A stretch of 61,901 nt of DNA, filler included, from Basidiobolus ranarum (taxonomy: Eukaryota), in assembly GCA_040143965.1 (NCBI GenBank). It is 6 parts of 6 records of this genome, joined end to end, with 100 filler letters (N's around TTAATTAATTAA, not from the genome) between each part and the next. Parts side by side here need not be neighbours in the genome. Positions count along the whole stretch, not along the records: positions 31,068 to 41,296 come from JASJQH010000727.1; positions 41,397 to 51,606 come from JASJQH010000728.1; positions 51,707 to 61,901 come from JASJQH010000729.1; 3 more parts are not named here. One strand, given 5' to 3'. The first letter of the stretch is position 1. Each line of letters begins with the position of its first letter. Both the position numbers and the translations under genes were made by a program. The notes beneath the pieces were generated by a model that did not search any database, was not told where the DNA came from, and saw only the letters and a program-made list of their open reading frames with translations. Below are positions 38,122 to 52,945 of the stretch, in pieces.

Positions 38122-39551
38122 ATGCCACCCAAGAGAGCACCCAAGGTCGACAAGACCGTCCAAAAGGCCAAGCAAAAGGCGGTAGAAGATAAAACCTTCG
38201 GGTTGAAAAATAAAAATAAATCTACTAAAGTGAAAAAGAACATTCAGCAGTTGCAGGCTCAAGCTACCTCAGTTGGTAACAATAAGGCAATGGTAAGAAC
38301 ACCCATCTTTTGGTTATTCTCATTCTCTCCTTTACACTTCTGATTCCTATTATTGTAAACCGATCCTGTTGGATATTTTTAACATTCTCGACTTGATGGT
38401 TTTTAAAATTTATGCAACCGGTCGATTAACCTTTGTACTTTCATATTATAGAAAGAGGCGGAGGAGAGAAAACAGAGCGTATTGACCAAGAAGGAACTTG
38501 AGGCTAAGAAGGCAGCAGAGCTCTTCGAGCTTTTCAAACCTGTTCAACACCAAAAGGTACCTTTCGGTACTGATCCCAAGACAGTTCTCTGCGCTTTCTT
38601 CAAGGCAGGCCAATGTCAAAAAGGAAAAGCATGTAAATTCTCCCATGACCTTAATATCGATCGTAAAACTACCAAGAAAGATCTTTACACCGATCATAGA
38701 GATGATGGAGATCAAGGTATAGTAATCGATTAGTGAATTACTCGACAATATTCAAACTCGAGTCTGACATTTCTGACAGGTACTATGGAGGATTGGGATC
38801 AAGCTAAATTGGAAGAGGTCGTTAGCTCGAAGCACGGAAACCCTCGTACTACAACTGATATCGTTTGTAAATTCTTCTTGGAAGCCATTGAAAACGAGAA
38901 GTATGGTTGGTTTTGGGAATGCCCCAACGGAGGTAAGAAATCAACACCAAGATGTCGAAAGGATTGCTTCTCACTTTGATTTATGCTTAGGTAACAAATG
39001 TAAATATCGTCACGCACTTCCCCCTGGTTTCGTACTGAAATCAAAGAAGAAAGAGGAGGAGAAGGAGGAAATTAGTATCGAAGACTTCCTGGAAACCGAG
39101 GTAAGCACTTGTCATAATGTACTTCATTGGTTGCCTTTCTTACTAAATCATTCTTCAACAATGACAGCGTCACAAACTTGGTAAAAACCTCACTCCAGTT
39201 ACTTTGGAAACTTTCGTTGAGTGGAAGAAAAATAGAAAGGCCAAGATGGAAGCAGATGCTTCTGCCGCTGTCAAGGCTAAGGAGGCTGCTTTCAAGGCTG
39301 GCAAGTCAGGCAACATGAGTGGTCGTGAATTGTTCGACTTCAATCCTGATCTTATCACAGAAGGCTACTACGACGATGATGACGGTGTATTTGACTTCTC
39401 TGCCTATCGTAATGAGGAAGGTAATGAAGAGGGTGGTGAAGAGGCTGACGATGTCGCAGCAGGAGTTAGCAAAATCAATGTCAATGATGAGTCTCTGTTT
39501 GAGCAAGAGAATCTTGACGACTTAGATGATGATGACGATGACGATGAGTGA
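38122..39551 (+). CDS. TMA46: Tma46/DFRP1/ZC3H15 CCCH zinc-finger translation-machinery-associated protein, 5 exons
   Basis: [86 protein letters not shown], acidic tail. Confidence 0.95.
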
Positions 39552-40122
39552 AGGGTCTCGCCACCTTGCCGCTCTGTACCAACTATACACCTTCAATAAA
39601 TCTAAAAATGATAAATAATTGCATAACATGCCATATTTCTCCTACTCTTAGTTCCAAGTTAACATCTAGCTTAATTTATACATAAATTAACCAAAATGTG
39701 GTAATTATGTTTAATCAATGGTCGAGAATATCAAATTATTATTGATTCCATTGTAAGTCAAATAAATAGCCACTACTGGGATGTATACAAAGCATAATAT
39801 TGGTACATGTCACATTGGCCAATGAGGAGCTATATCTCGAGAGAATATCAACCAATGAATGTCACGATGAGATGCTAGTCAGTTCATCAATTCTGAGTTT
39901 ACATTGGTTGCGAATGAATAGCTGAATTAAAGTTTACTTTGAATGCAGTATTCTATGGTATTCGGTGGATATCACCCCTCCCCAACCCCCTTGCTTTAAC
40001 AGCTATCTCGATAATTCTTCATACGACATGGGGTGATAGCAATTCTTTCGTCATAGGTTGCTTTATAATTTGTGAGTTGGTCATTCTTTCCGTATTCTCA
40101 TACTTTCCAAACTTTTCACACA

Positions 40123-41296
<1,174 letters not shown>

Positions 41297-41396
41297 NNNN
41301 NNNNNNNNNNNNNNNNNNNNNNNNNNNNNNNNNNNNNNNNTTAATTAATTAANNNNNNNNNNNNNNNNNNNNNNNNNNNNNNNNNNNNNNNNNNNN
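41297..41396. other. Artificial contig linker
   Basis: N44-TTAATTAATTAA-N44. Confidence 0.99.
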
Positions 41397-43346
41397 AAAT
41401 ACTTTGACCAATAAATCAATAAGTGAAGACCATCAATTCTTGTTCTCCAAATCACTTCCAACAAACTCCCAAAATACTTCAACATTTTCCACACTGAAAT
41501 TATAAATTCTCACTTTATTTCTAAATCCCACATTTTATGAGATACAAAATTTCAACATGATGGTTTTGGCCATTGTCGATATATGTCTCTTCAAATCTTG
41601 CTTGCTAGCACCAATCCAATTTCTTACATTTAATAAGTAATGGATACATAAGCGAATTCTGAAGTAACATTTCCTTTAACATTTACATAATCTCATAAAT
41701 GTTGATGAAAAAAAATGTCTGGATCAGAAATCAAAGTCAATAGAGACAAGTTCTGTTTCCATTATAATAGCAAATACATGCATTAAAATAAGCTCTATTC
41801 AATGGAATATCACTGCCAGCTTGATGGATTGTATTCAATGTGATGAAGCAATGCAACAAAAATCAACTTAATACATTGAGTAAATGAAGAGATATTGTCC
41901 ATTGAAAAAAGTGAATCATTTATGAGCGCTAGCGTATGAACTTAGTGACATTCTTACTAATGGGTAATTGGAATATTATATGGGATATACAAAATAGTTA
42001 GAAATCTAATGGTAGAGATAGAAGCTTAACAGAAACAATACAAATCAAATCATTGATGGCTCTATTTGAGGATTCAACTTGGATAGATAAAGTTGCATAA
42101 CTTGTTCAGACTTCTAATTGTTCATTGAAGTGCGTAGCTGGCTCAATATATCAGCACATTTGCGCAACATATGTTTACTAGATTTGCTCAAGCTACGGGC
42201 TTCCAAAGCCTAGTACCTGAGTATTTTCATCGATATCTAGCAATGTTAACCGTATTGTGGTGATAACTGTCAAATACCTAAATAAATTAGTGAATAATGA
42301 AATGCTGCTTTTGACAAGCAGTTATCAAAGTTCTTCCAAAGGCCATTTATGAAGTTCTGGTAGGTCCTGATTGTTAGTTCAGGAGTTCACAACATCTATT
42401 GATCATGACTTGACATACATAAAGATACTATTGGTAAAAGTTTGAATCCGTTGTGCAAATATTGTAACCTAGGCCAAGCCTCTACTCCTGCTCTTTGGGG
42501 GATATATAGGCATTTCAGAGAGCTAGTTTGCAAATTAGGCAATGGTTGCTAAAGCTTAAAATAAATCAAGAACTTTGTATGCTGTATTGTAGCATGTGCC
42601 GAAGGTATATAAGACTCTGACACGAACGTTCTGGAAGAGATTACCCAATCTGGCTAATATGTCTTATCACCATAGCTACTTAACCCAATCATCTTCCAAT
42701 TGATGCATACTAACGATGGTTTGTAATAACTACTAGTTATTGCCGAGTTCCGTTGTAATTCCAGTATTAGATTATCAGTATTTGTAATACGGTCTTATTA
42801 ACCGGAGAAGTATACGCATTCCAATCTACGAGTATATTATAGTATGTATTTCAACGAGTATCGCAATCTAGTGACACGATACTTTTTCGAAGTTGGTCAA
42901 TTCGATGACTGATCTGGAAAAGTTCGAAAGAGTCAAACAGGAATAAGCATGCTTAAACCAGCGCGATTGCATTGGAAATGCGTCGGAATTCTAGGATTTC
43001 AAATTCCCATGTAGTAGTGGCAACCATCACATTATCACTAAAACCATTCAAAGCTACCATTATCCAGTTGTTACTAGGAACGAATCAATGTGAACTTTTC
43101 ATCAAACAAATACAATTTATTATGAACCATGCTATCAAATATTTCTATTAACAAATGTACAACGTTGGGGAGAGAGTCTATCAGAATTTCAGATAGAGTC
43201 AATGCTAGTCACCGCTAAAACATATATACCGTCGGGAATAATGTAGAAGACGGGGGCTAATAGATAAAACTTATACGCTGCCACAAACTCTCCAGGAGTT
43301 TAGTGGCGTGATGGGGAGCTTCTCATCCGTTGTGTTGGGAAGATTC

Positions 43347-44423
43347 TCAATTGATAAGAGTGCTGATGTGATTAGGTATTGACATGCGTTGTGAATGTTT
43401 GGTTGCCTTAGAAACGACGGTTATAACAGGCTTACGTATCAGGTGTCGACTAGCTCTTGATTTAATACTATCAGTGGGTGTTTGTTGGTATGAAGGAGGT
43501 AGAGACCGCGAGTCTTCGTAAAATGGGGGTAGTTCTCGAGAGAGGACTTTCTGCCTCGCAATCAGCACGGGAAAGCTAATTTGAACATTGACATTAGGGA
43601 ATTGAATCTGTCCATAGAGGAAATGTGATATTTCAACAAAATCCGATTGGTGGCTATATTGGACTTTACTAGCAGATATTGGAACTTGTACGAGAAGTGT
43701 TTGCTCGGTTTCATCTGCTTTGCACGGTTCCACAGTTGCCACTACCCACGATTCCTCCGAGGCTTTGTGTGTGTAAGTTTCTTCCAATGGCATCCTATAG
43801 GTCACTAGTTCACGAATTCCGCATGCGATAAACCTGGGCTGTATGTGTTGCTGGAGCAATTGAAATTTGAAATTCACGTGGAAGGAGTCACCACGACAAA
43901 AATCAAGAGCAGGAATGCCTACTTCATACGCGATAAGATCCTTGTAAATACCTTGACGACGGGTGCCACAGTCAACTCCAAGAATGGGGCCGATAAAGTT
44001 ACATATGGTGATCTTCTTACTAGTCTTTAAATTCGATCGAAATAGGGATGTTTTGGCAGTGGCATAGAAAAGATACTCAATTTTGCAGTCAGAAGTCTCC
44101 AGGGATTCGGGAAGATCTCCAGGAAATTCGAATAGAAACCCGAAAGAGTGTGGCTGTGGACCGAATGTACACGAAGACCCTTCCTGAGAGATGAAGTCCC
44201 ATGATTTTTCTATCAAGATCTTTTCGAATTTCTGATACTCTTCGGTAAGCAGTATTCGACCAACGAACTTCAAAGTGATATGGCTTATCGAGACTTTACT
44301 GGTGGGGAAGAGTACCAGGTTACCCTTGATGGTAAGATCGTCTCGCCAGTTGTGCAGATTATGATAGAAAATCTCCTCCGCCATTTGAATCTGAAAAAGC
44401 GACTTGCTTATCCTTAATCTCAT
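43347..44423 (-). CDS. Alpha-arrestin (ART/Rsp5 adaptor-like), intronless; start at ATG 44423 or 44384
   Basis: ITLKFVG, FLFEFPGDLPES...KIEYLFYA, ISHFL, FPVLI; C-terminal PY motifs LPPFY and LPPSY; TATA-like TTTATAAA at ~44500. Confidence 0.85.
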   Translation of the reverse strand: MRLRISKSLFQIQMAEEIFYHNLHNWRDDLTIKGNLVLFPTSKVSISHITLKFVGRILLTEEYQKFEKILIEKSWDFISQEGSSCTFGPQPHSFGFLFEFPGDLPESLETSDCKIEYLFYATAKTSLFRSNLKTSKKITICNFIGPILGVDCGTRRQGIYKDLIAYEVGIPALDFCRGDSFHVNFKFQLLQQHIQPRFIACGIRELVTYRMPLEETYTHKASEESWVVATVEPCKADETEQTLLVQVPISASKVQYSHQSDFVEISHFLYGQIQFPNVNVQISFPVLIARQKVLSRELPPFYEDSRSLPPSYQQTPTDSIKSRASRHLIRKPVITVVSKATKHSQRMSIPNHISTLIN

Positions 44424-44675
44424 GAAGAATGTGGAAATTGCTAGAAATTGGTCGAGTTGTAGTGAAGCGGAATCGTCCACAGAGGGTGCCGGAGAGCCCT
44501 TTATAAACTGGTGTCTTCATCCTGAATCGAAAAGTAGAGCCGATTGAATGATCCTCCGCTGGTCGGATCCCGCTCGCTACACTCCCCTTACTTACTAATT
44601 TTTGGATCTTCGTGACTTTAAACCAAGCTATGTTGTGATCACTGATGACAGTGAGACTTCATTGGCTGACGAGTC

Positions 44676-44683
44676 TGACGTCA
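44676..44683. promoter_or_regulatory. Possible CRE/ATF site upstream of the arrestin gene
   Basis: Perfect palindrome TGACGTCA about 250 bp upstream, next to a CCAAT box (ATTGG at 44661). Confidence 0.35.
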
Positions 44684-47600
44684 TAAAATCCAGTTGACAG
44701 TGTTAAGGCCAAAGTAAAGGATTTATCGGATCAAGGCGCTGTTTCTAGGATTAAGTAAGGCCATAACCGGATTTTTTGAGGTTAAATCCAGAAGCGCATT
44801 GAAGGAGCTTCAAAACTCAAGGAAGAGCGATGGGGGTTGATTTAGCCGCAGAGGGTCATGCTTATAATAAAAAAGAATTTTGGGACAAGTTATATCCTGG
44901 GTCCAATTACACACACTGGCAACAATAGGCTAAGGGCGGAGAAAGCAGTCGCTGCGTGAATGCTCGAAATAGGCGCACGTCTCGCGATGTTTTACTGATT
45001 GTATTATTGTGCTGGGGTCATATTGCAGTACTTGAAGCTATTGCCAATGCCATTCGGATATACGAAGGAGGGCTATATATATATATATACAGGGGATGTG
45101 CGGGCTGCAACAGACTGAACATTACGTCTCAGCACTGAAATCAAACTCAGCTTAATAAGCGGCTAAACAGTAGTAACTCGAGGCATTGAGTTCCTACTAT
45201 ATATGGCATAACGAAATACTAATCCGTGTCTTAATGTTTAACGAAACTCCGTGAAAATGTTCGAAGTTAGCTCTAGCTCAGATTGTGATGCTATTTTGAT
45301 CAAAAACAGTTATGTCGGTCTATCACTCCAAAAATGGATTGCTATTCTGAAATTAGTATTAGTACGAATTATATGTCACGCGTATTTCGCCTCATAATAC
45401 TCCAGCCATTATATTCCTCTTCATTTCCCTCCCGAAGGGAAGCCATCACAGCGAGCAAATAGTACAATAAGTGCTGTGACCGCACTCTTATATCTGCTCG
45501 TACTTATGTAGGTTACTTACTCTACTTAAGAGGCTTAGGAAACGAAACATCTGCTAATGATATTTATAGTTTACTTGGTGGTCATTGCGAGGCGAAGTAC
45601 AGTGAATTCTGCTTACGTCTGAGTTAGAAACAATCAACGACTATTCTCCTTTCATAGACGATAGTTGTCCGGGTTTTACTCGTAACCTGAAGAAACTCTC
45701 TTACAGATGAGTAGTCATATCAGTAAAGTCATCATCCATTAAACGAGAAGATAAGGTAAGCTTATCCCAACTCAAACTCCCCAGTGTAATATAGTTATCC
45801 TATGAATTAGATTGTTCGTTCAGGGAATTTCCAGTCCTTCCTTTATAAATGTGGTTCATTTAATCACTGCCGCCTTGGTCACATGCTTCATACATCTTTT
45901 TCTGATATTCGTGTTCTCTGTGTGGGGAAATAAAAATCCTTCAACACTATACACTAGTTACCTGGTAGCCCACTTTCTATACTTGATATCCTATTGTCAG
46001 AATAGGTTATTTCCAAAGAGATATCTTGTATCCACAAAAACTGAAGCAAATATTAATAACCGATGGATCTGTCTAGTTCCTGAAGATACACTAGCCACAA
46101 ATAGCCCAATGTACTTCCCAGACATTGAGACACTTTGAAATCATAGATGGACGATCATATGTACTCAATTGTCCTCGTATAGTATTTCTACCTTGACTAG
46201 CAATCCTTCACTATCATGATCTGTTTGCTGATCAGTAATTGCTATATGCACCTCTGTTTCCCAAGAACATTGCACAGAGAACAATTGGCTTAGATGGATT
46301 CCCAGTCACTAGTTACTATACCGTTTTCTTCATCATCTTATGCTACAATACCGGTTGGACTCATATAGAGTCGTAGCTAGATTATGCCAAGCTACTAGAC
46401 TGCTTTATGCAATCGTAGTTGGTAATAATCGCCGAGAATTCCTGTGAAGATCATGTTGAGGGTATTTATCAATTGTTGCCTGTTAAATAGTAATCCATAT
46501 ATTGGTTTCACCAGATTGTACACAAGAATCAATATGCTATGGACTTGTGCTATGAGGATAAGTCGCACTCAAAGCTTCGCTTCTTGGCTCTTCACAGAAC
46601 TTTTAACTAGGCAGTTATATGCTGATAGTGAAAGCAGCAACCAAAAACGCCCATGCATTATAAAAATTAAGTTTCTCAATGCCTGGTTGCTTTAGTTCAA
46701 ACTTGGACCTGAGGAAAGGCTAGTAACTTGACAGAGCATTCTGCTCATATGGTGTAGCCGATTGAGCGCCTGTCATCGAATTTATTCCGTTAGTTTGGTC
46801 GAGATCTTCTGAAGAATAGAATAAACAATCTAGAAAGAAAACCCCACAACTAAGGCCAATATGTATCTCACAAAGTACAATAAACCGGAATTTAGCATGC
46901 TTGCGTCATACTTCTGCTCCAGAATCTAGCATTTACCATTGGAAGGATCATTATGCAAAGCTAGGAAAACACACTGAAACCACTTGCACTGGCTTTTCAT
47001 GAATATCTGCCGGTAATTGCCGCCAATAAAACAGTAACTGTAAGGACGAATGGAAAAAGATTGCTAATGTAACTAACCTTTGAAAGCTCTTTGAAACTGG
47101 GGGTTACTATACGTATCAAGAGAGTCTTAGTTATAGGATCAGGGTTAGGCTACAATTTTGTTACAAGGAGCCTTAAATTCTAGAGACATGCAAATCTGGT
47201 ATGTGGAGGCCCCTACGTGTATCCCAATATGCTACAAAAATAAGCATTGTGGATGGGCAATGTAGGTGGTTAAGTACCAATATGTACTTTGTAATTCAGA
47301 GAAATCAAAGTAACATTACGGAGTAGAAATTTTTTCCATTCCTTCCTAATTTATATGAGAGTCATATTATTGGTGTCCTACTAACAAAGCTTAATAATAT
47401 ATAACTGAATATATTTCCAATACATTTTGTAACTGCTGGGAAAGTCAAGCTATATGCTATTCCACAACATTGCTGCTATCATATTTCTAATTTTCAATAC
47501 AGATATGAGTTTTTATTTTCAATCTAAGGAATAAAAGGGTTGAGATATTGGTCCTCCAATTATCTTAAATTTAATAGATCAATAAAGTTTGTGATTAAGC

Positions 47601-47829
47601 CCTAAGAGTGCACCAAGTCAGGCTGTTACTGTTGAAATTAGCATAGCCTAAGCATCTATATAGTCATGTACAGCTTAGTATTTAGCTATTCCTTATCTCA
47701 ACAAGATATCTCCCACTATTCTCAATTTGAATTTAGTCAGTAGTTTTCAGATATATAGATTTTTCAAGTTTGGGCTAGAAGCGCCAAACTCTGCGCACCT
47801 GATCCTAGGACCTTCCTTAGCACATTCTA

Positions 47830-48600
47830 CACATTTGTTTATTCACATCTTGACAATCCATTGAAAAATTACATGGAATCAATTAGGAATCTGATGAATA
47901 AATATGAAAAATCTGCTGCAAGAAAAAGGACTTTAGCATACTTTTGTAAGAGAAAAAAGTAATGCAAAGTTGTCAAGACCAAAGCTCTACTGAAGGTTAA
48001 AAGAGAATAAAGTGCCTTTGCTATGATTTGTCTAAATTACAAATCCAATGTTCAAGAGCCAACTGCCAAGAATGCTTGAAAAGCCTTTCCCAATGCCTAC
48101 CAAAGATTTTCTGCTGCCAATATGATGTTTCAAAGAGAACAATACATCAACTTGAAACTGATGCCAGGTGAAGACCCAAAAGTACTAATCAATATAGTAA
48201 CTATTTTAATGGATAACAAACAGAATATATTAGGTATCAACTACTAGGCAGGAAATCAAAGTACTAGTCCTATATATCCTGCCAGATGGTTTCAGAGTCT
48301 TATTCTGGCTCTAAAATCCAGAACTGAAAGTTTGTTCCAACATTTTAAATATAGTTGTTGGTGAACATTGGGGATAGACACAAACTGTTAGCAATTTCAA
48401 AGCTATATAGCTTCTGTTGTTGCTTCACAGACAGTTATGTATTTAGCCTCTGTTGTAGAAAGAGTGACACTAGGTGCTTCTTTGAATTGCATCAAATAGA
48501 TTCATTACAGCATAGAAAAATGGGCTTTGTTGAAGATCTCCTGTCTGCAATATCTCTTCCCTAATTTGCACCTGAGGATCTCCCATATAAAAGTTAACTT
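47830..48600. mobile_element. Heavily decayed copia fragments: gag-like (+, ~47860-48335) and RNase H-like (-, ~48370-48590)
   Basis: FQSLILALKSRTESL-like gag remnant; SVTLSTTEAKYITVCEATTEAI RNase H remnant; CpG-depleted. Confidence 0.6.
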
Positions 48601-48999
48601 CAGATGCTCTAGATCAGATCATGATTGATTCAATGGAATACCATCAGAAATCCTTCATAATACCAGCCACTTGAATTTTGACCACTTTTATATGGTTAAC
48701 CTATGGTTGTCTGACTGAATTCCTGTGGTAGTTTTTGTTGCATATTTTTAACTTATCGTAATCACAACTACATAATCCTGATTTTTAAATCTGTTTGTTT
48801 CTGGCCAAAGAAGTTTTGCCTTAGCATGCATAGTCTTAATTATTAACAACACAATTAATCCAGTAGTAATGGGAGTCAGAAAGTAACATAAATTCTGCTT
48901 TCCTCAGTTCAATAAATGTATAAATGTGCTTAAGTGTATATAGTCCCTTAATTTCAACACTTTCAACACTCCCAATAATCACCACAGCAAAGTTGCTAT

Positions 49000-51365
49000 G
49001 TATTTTGTATCACTGGAAACATATATATTTTGCAAACATGCACTTCTTCTTATTCCTACTCACCAACATTAACCATCATTTTGGGTAAACATCTGCTTAG
49101 TGTTTGGCCAGAATATCTCTTTGCTCATCAGAATTGAGCATTAATATATCATAGCACTAGTTGCCACCAGTGAGCAGTAGCATTGGTGTAACCAAGACTG
49201 AAGTTTATGTTGCATCTGCAAGCTTCTGCAGTTTAAATTGAATGTAACAACAGGTAGGAGAGGTTTTGGCCAGCTACCAGAAGGGGGAGCATTGACCCGT
49301 TTTGCAATCCTAAGCAACAACTGCATAACTGGAAGAGAGCATGAACTAAGTATTAGCAGAGTTTGATTTATTCATGATTGGATCGACAAACAACCATGCA
49401 AAGTTTCTTACAAATTGCTTGCAAAGCTATTAAATCTGACACAAGTCAGCTGCGGTCAAAAAATACCTTAGAAATATATTAGCAGTATCTGCAAAGAGCT
49501 GCCAATGCTTCCAGTATATATTATGCTAGTAACTTTTAAATATGTTGCTGGAATAGTTGCATATAAAGTACTCTCAGTCCTTGCACTTGTATAACCTTAG
49601 GCTGGTGTAAATGTTGAACAGGTATTTAGTGAAATATGGGAGGAGGTTTTAATGTGCTAAATCAATGAGCCTATTGTAGAGAATTTTTCTGTCATCAGTA
49701 AAGGGTTTCTGAATGTTAAATCTCCCCACATATAACTGTGTATTCAAGATAGGAATATTATTGAATAGAGGGTGCATGATCCCCAATGGCAAGCTGCTGG
49801 CCTAGCCAAAACTCTTGAGTAAGATGATGGCTGGTTGACTGCTGAGTCCTTACTTTGTTATTGGTTCACAATTTACTAGGCTGCTGATTTCACTGCTTGT
49901 AGCTGTCAAAATTGACAACATTCCTTTGCATCACATCCTTGGAACTGCCAGTATTACTCAGTGCTAGGGTATAACCAATACACACAATATTTTGCCCTTT
50001 CACCACAGCACCTTCTATACTTAGTTCATTGGAAAGATACTGATATTCATCTATCAGTAGCTTTAGAAAGCTGTCATAGCTGCCAGGGGATTTTGGGTCA
50101 GACATCAGTAAGAGCACTATGATATTTTAACTCTTGTAGTGCTTAGTTGGTCAAATTTTCATTACAGGCAGAGTTACTAGCCAACAGATCTTGCCTATGA
50201 TATAAGTACTTGGAGCAAAGCCATCAAGTGCCAAAGCTAATGCATGATCAAAGTACCCACTGTAAAAGCCCCTACTACAGAGTGCCTTATAATGAATTCA
50301 ATCAAATGCATCAGAAACATATTGAGTAACTTGAAATTATCACTTTCAAATATCACCAACCTTGATTGAGTCAAACACATTATGATCTTGATGTAGAGTA
50401 TCACTGATAGATATGTTCAAGGTGAATAACAGTTACTAGAGGATTGAATGGGAACCTCATTACAGTGCATGCACTCTGTGGTATGTTTCTCATTACCAGC
50501 CAAAGCAATGCAGCTGTATGGACATCATTGCATACAAAATATCACTAGATAATTGGTGGATAACCACATTAATGCCTTCCACTTGCACCATATCATTGGT
50601 AATCTAAACCAATTTTCAAATGGCTAACCCATACAAAGGGGAATGATGTAAGGATGATCAGTGACCTTACATTGATGGTCTTGGTGGAAATATATTCTTT
50701 GTGGGATGATATGATTGATTAGGTTTCATGGAATATTTCAAAGAATATACCTTCCATACAGGACTACCAGGATAAAGTAGCACCAGATTACCAAGAACAC
50801 TAACAGAAATTTGAGGATTGTTATTGTAGGAACACTATTACAATTTAATCCATTTGGGATTGACCAATTACTTTCAATCATAAAATTATCAAGTTAGATT
50901 TGATTTTAATCAATTTTTTATGTTTCAGGAGTGAAATTTCAAGATCTCACAAAGTAGTTGCACATGATTGGCTACAATAACACAGAACTATGAGTTAACA
51001 CATGTGCAAAAAATGTAACTGAAATATTAGATATTTACCACATGAATGCTAATTTGTTGCCTTTGAAATCCCCAGTTTCTTTGATATATTAACATTAACA
51101 TTATTATAGAGTTCTTCATACCCAAGGTTGAGCTCATATCCAACTCAAGTTTGCATCAATATCTCTATCAAAGCCCACCAATATGTTAACATTGGTGAAT
51201 CAACATTCTTCCAGCTATCTGGCAGATACTCTACAATATTGTGCCACTCTGTATTAAGTTCTTCCCAGATATCTGCATAGTCAACACCAGACTAAATATC
51301 TAGTTGAATGTTTTTCTTATGAAGCCACTTTGTGCATACTTACACAGCATTTTTCCCTTCATACT
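49000..51365 (-). mobile_element. Decayed CACTA/EnSpm-like transposon copy, same family as 1-2100; boundaries approximate
   Basis: DPKSPGSYDSFLKLLIDEY (Tnp2 GPKxPxxxDSFLxPLxDEL motif), ALALALDGFAP near 50215-50247, nucleotide match to 72-640. Confidence 0.7.
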
Positions 51366-51448
51366 TTTGAATATACTTGTCAAGCACTTTGACTATTTAC
51401 ATATGTCCTTACAGTGTTACACTACCAAGAGTACTTTGCAGTGTGTTA

Positions 51449-51606
51449 TGTCCAAGAGAAAAGTGGATAAAAAGCCTTGAACTTTACTGAACCAAAGAAA
51501 CAGTTAAGTGCAGATTCTTAGAACTGTTTAAGCAGGATATATAAGCAGCGCAGATCTAAGTAATATACATCTTGGGAATAGCAGTGGGTTGCTATGTTAC
51601 AGTAGA
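51449..51606. repeat. Second copy of the TGTCCAAG-starting repeat (see 30317), cut by the contig end
   Basis: Direct alignment with 30317-30475. Confidence 0.85.
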
Positions 51607-51706
51607 NNNNNNNNNNNNNNNNNNNNNNNNNNNNNNNNNNNNNNNNNNNNTTAATTAATTAANNNNNNNNNNNNNNNNNNNNNNNNNNNNNNNNNNNNNN
51701 NNNNNN
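51607..51706. other. Artificial contig linker
   Basis: N44-TTAATTAATTAA-N44. Confidence 0.99.
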
Positions 51707-52945
51707 GAATATATGACAAAATATTTTTTCGTGAAGTTTTTTTGTCTCTTGTTGACAAATGGGTTAAAGATGGAAGTACGACCGGAAAATCCCGGCTTTC
51801 AGCCAAAGTGCGTCAGGTGAGAGAGAAAATAAATGCTTATAAAGAAGAATATTGTCAACTTGCTTCCTATGCACCTATTAAATTGGTGAATGCTCAACAA
51901 ATAGCAATCTATGAAAGCATCAAGATTCATACCGCCTACATTAATAAGGTAGCTCTTCACTTTGGAAATCGTCTCAAAATGTTTCTAAACAAGGCTTTAC
52001 AAAAAAAAGAAAGGATTGACAAGCTGACTCAAGATATGAAAAACAACAGCTACTCAGAAGAGGAAATAAAAACTTCAGTCAAAGCCAATATACTTGATGT
52101 TTACGATAAGATTAAAGCAGAAATATCTTCAAGAACTGTACCAACTGCCCCTGCATCAAATTCAAAACTTTTTGGATGTTTACCCAGACAATCACAAGTT
52201 TGCAAAGGGCTCTGTTTACTACAACGCCAAAGCAAACCTGCAGCAGCATTTACGTGCATTTTATATGCTCGCAAAAATATGTGAAGATAATAATATGAAA
52301 TCGTTTAACTGCTTCCCACTGCGAAAAGGATTTATTCCTTCTTATATGACAATAGACACTAAGATCTTGAACTATTATATATTGAAAAACAAGAATTTCA
52401 CTGGAAATAAAGTCGATATTTGGGGTAGTGTCGTTCATCTAAACTGTAAAGCTCTTAAAAGTTAAAATACCAAGACAATGAAGTTTGAAGGGACCATTGA
52501 AACAGACGGAGTCGGTATGTCTATACTCAAACAAAACTTTAGTACTGCCAGAAGAAGTACTTTAAGCGGTTGCCGGAAAATGAGGGCTGTTGATGATGGT
52601 GTTCCTTATATTGAAAGGTTGTCAAAAGATGAAATCCTTAAGACTATAGATAAGTGCGTGCTTATCGATCCTGGTTGTGGTGATCTTTTATACTGTATGC
52701 ATGAAACGAGTACTCCTCAAGATAAGCCTGTTTTTCGATACACAAGAAACCAGCGAGCAATTGAAACGAAAGCAAGACACTTTCGAAAGCTTTGACAAAT
52801 CTTAAAACCTGCCCATATACAAGAGCTTGAAAATAATCTTAGTAAAACACCTGCTTCAACAGCGATGACTGAAAAATCTGTCGAGTACCTCAAGATGAAA
52901 GCCAGTGTTTCAAAGCCACTAAAAAGCTACTATTGTAATAATGAA
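51707..52945 (+). pseudogene. Fanzor1-like (eukaryotic TnpB/Cas12-related nuclease) pseudogene; 5' end cut by the contig edge, 3' end lost after RuvC-I
   Basis: FFREVFLSLV, QIAIYESIKIHTAYINKVALHFGNRL, KGSVYYNAKAN, FPLRKGFIPSYMTIDTKIL, FEGTIETDGVGMSI, RuvC-I CVLIDPGCGDLLYCMHE, FRYTRNQR; frameshift at ~52150, stops at 52463-52465 and 52793-52795. Confidence 0.85.
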
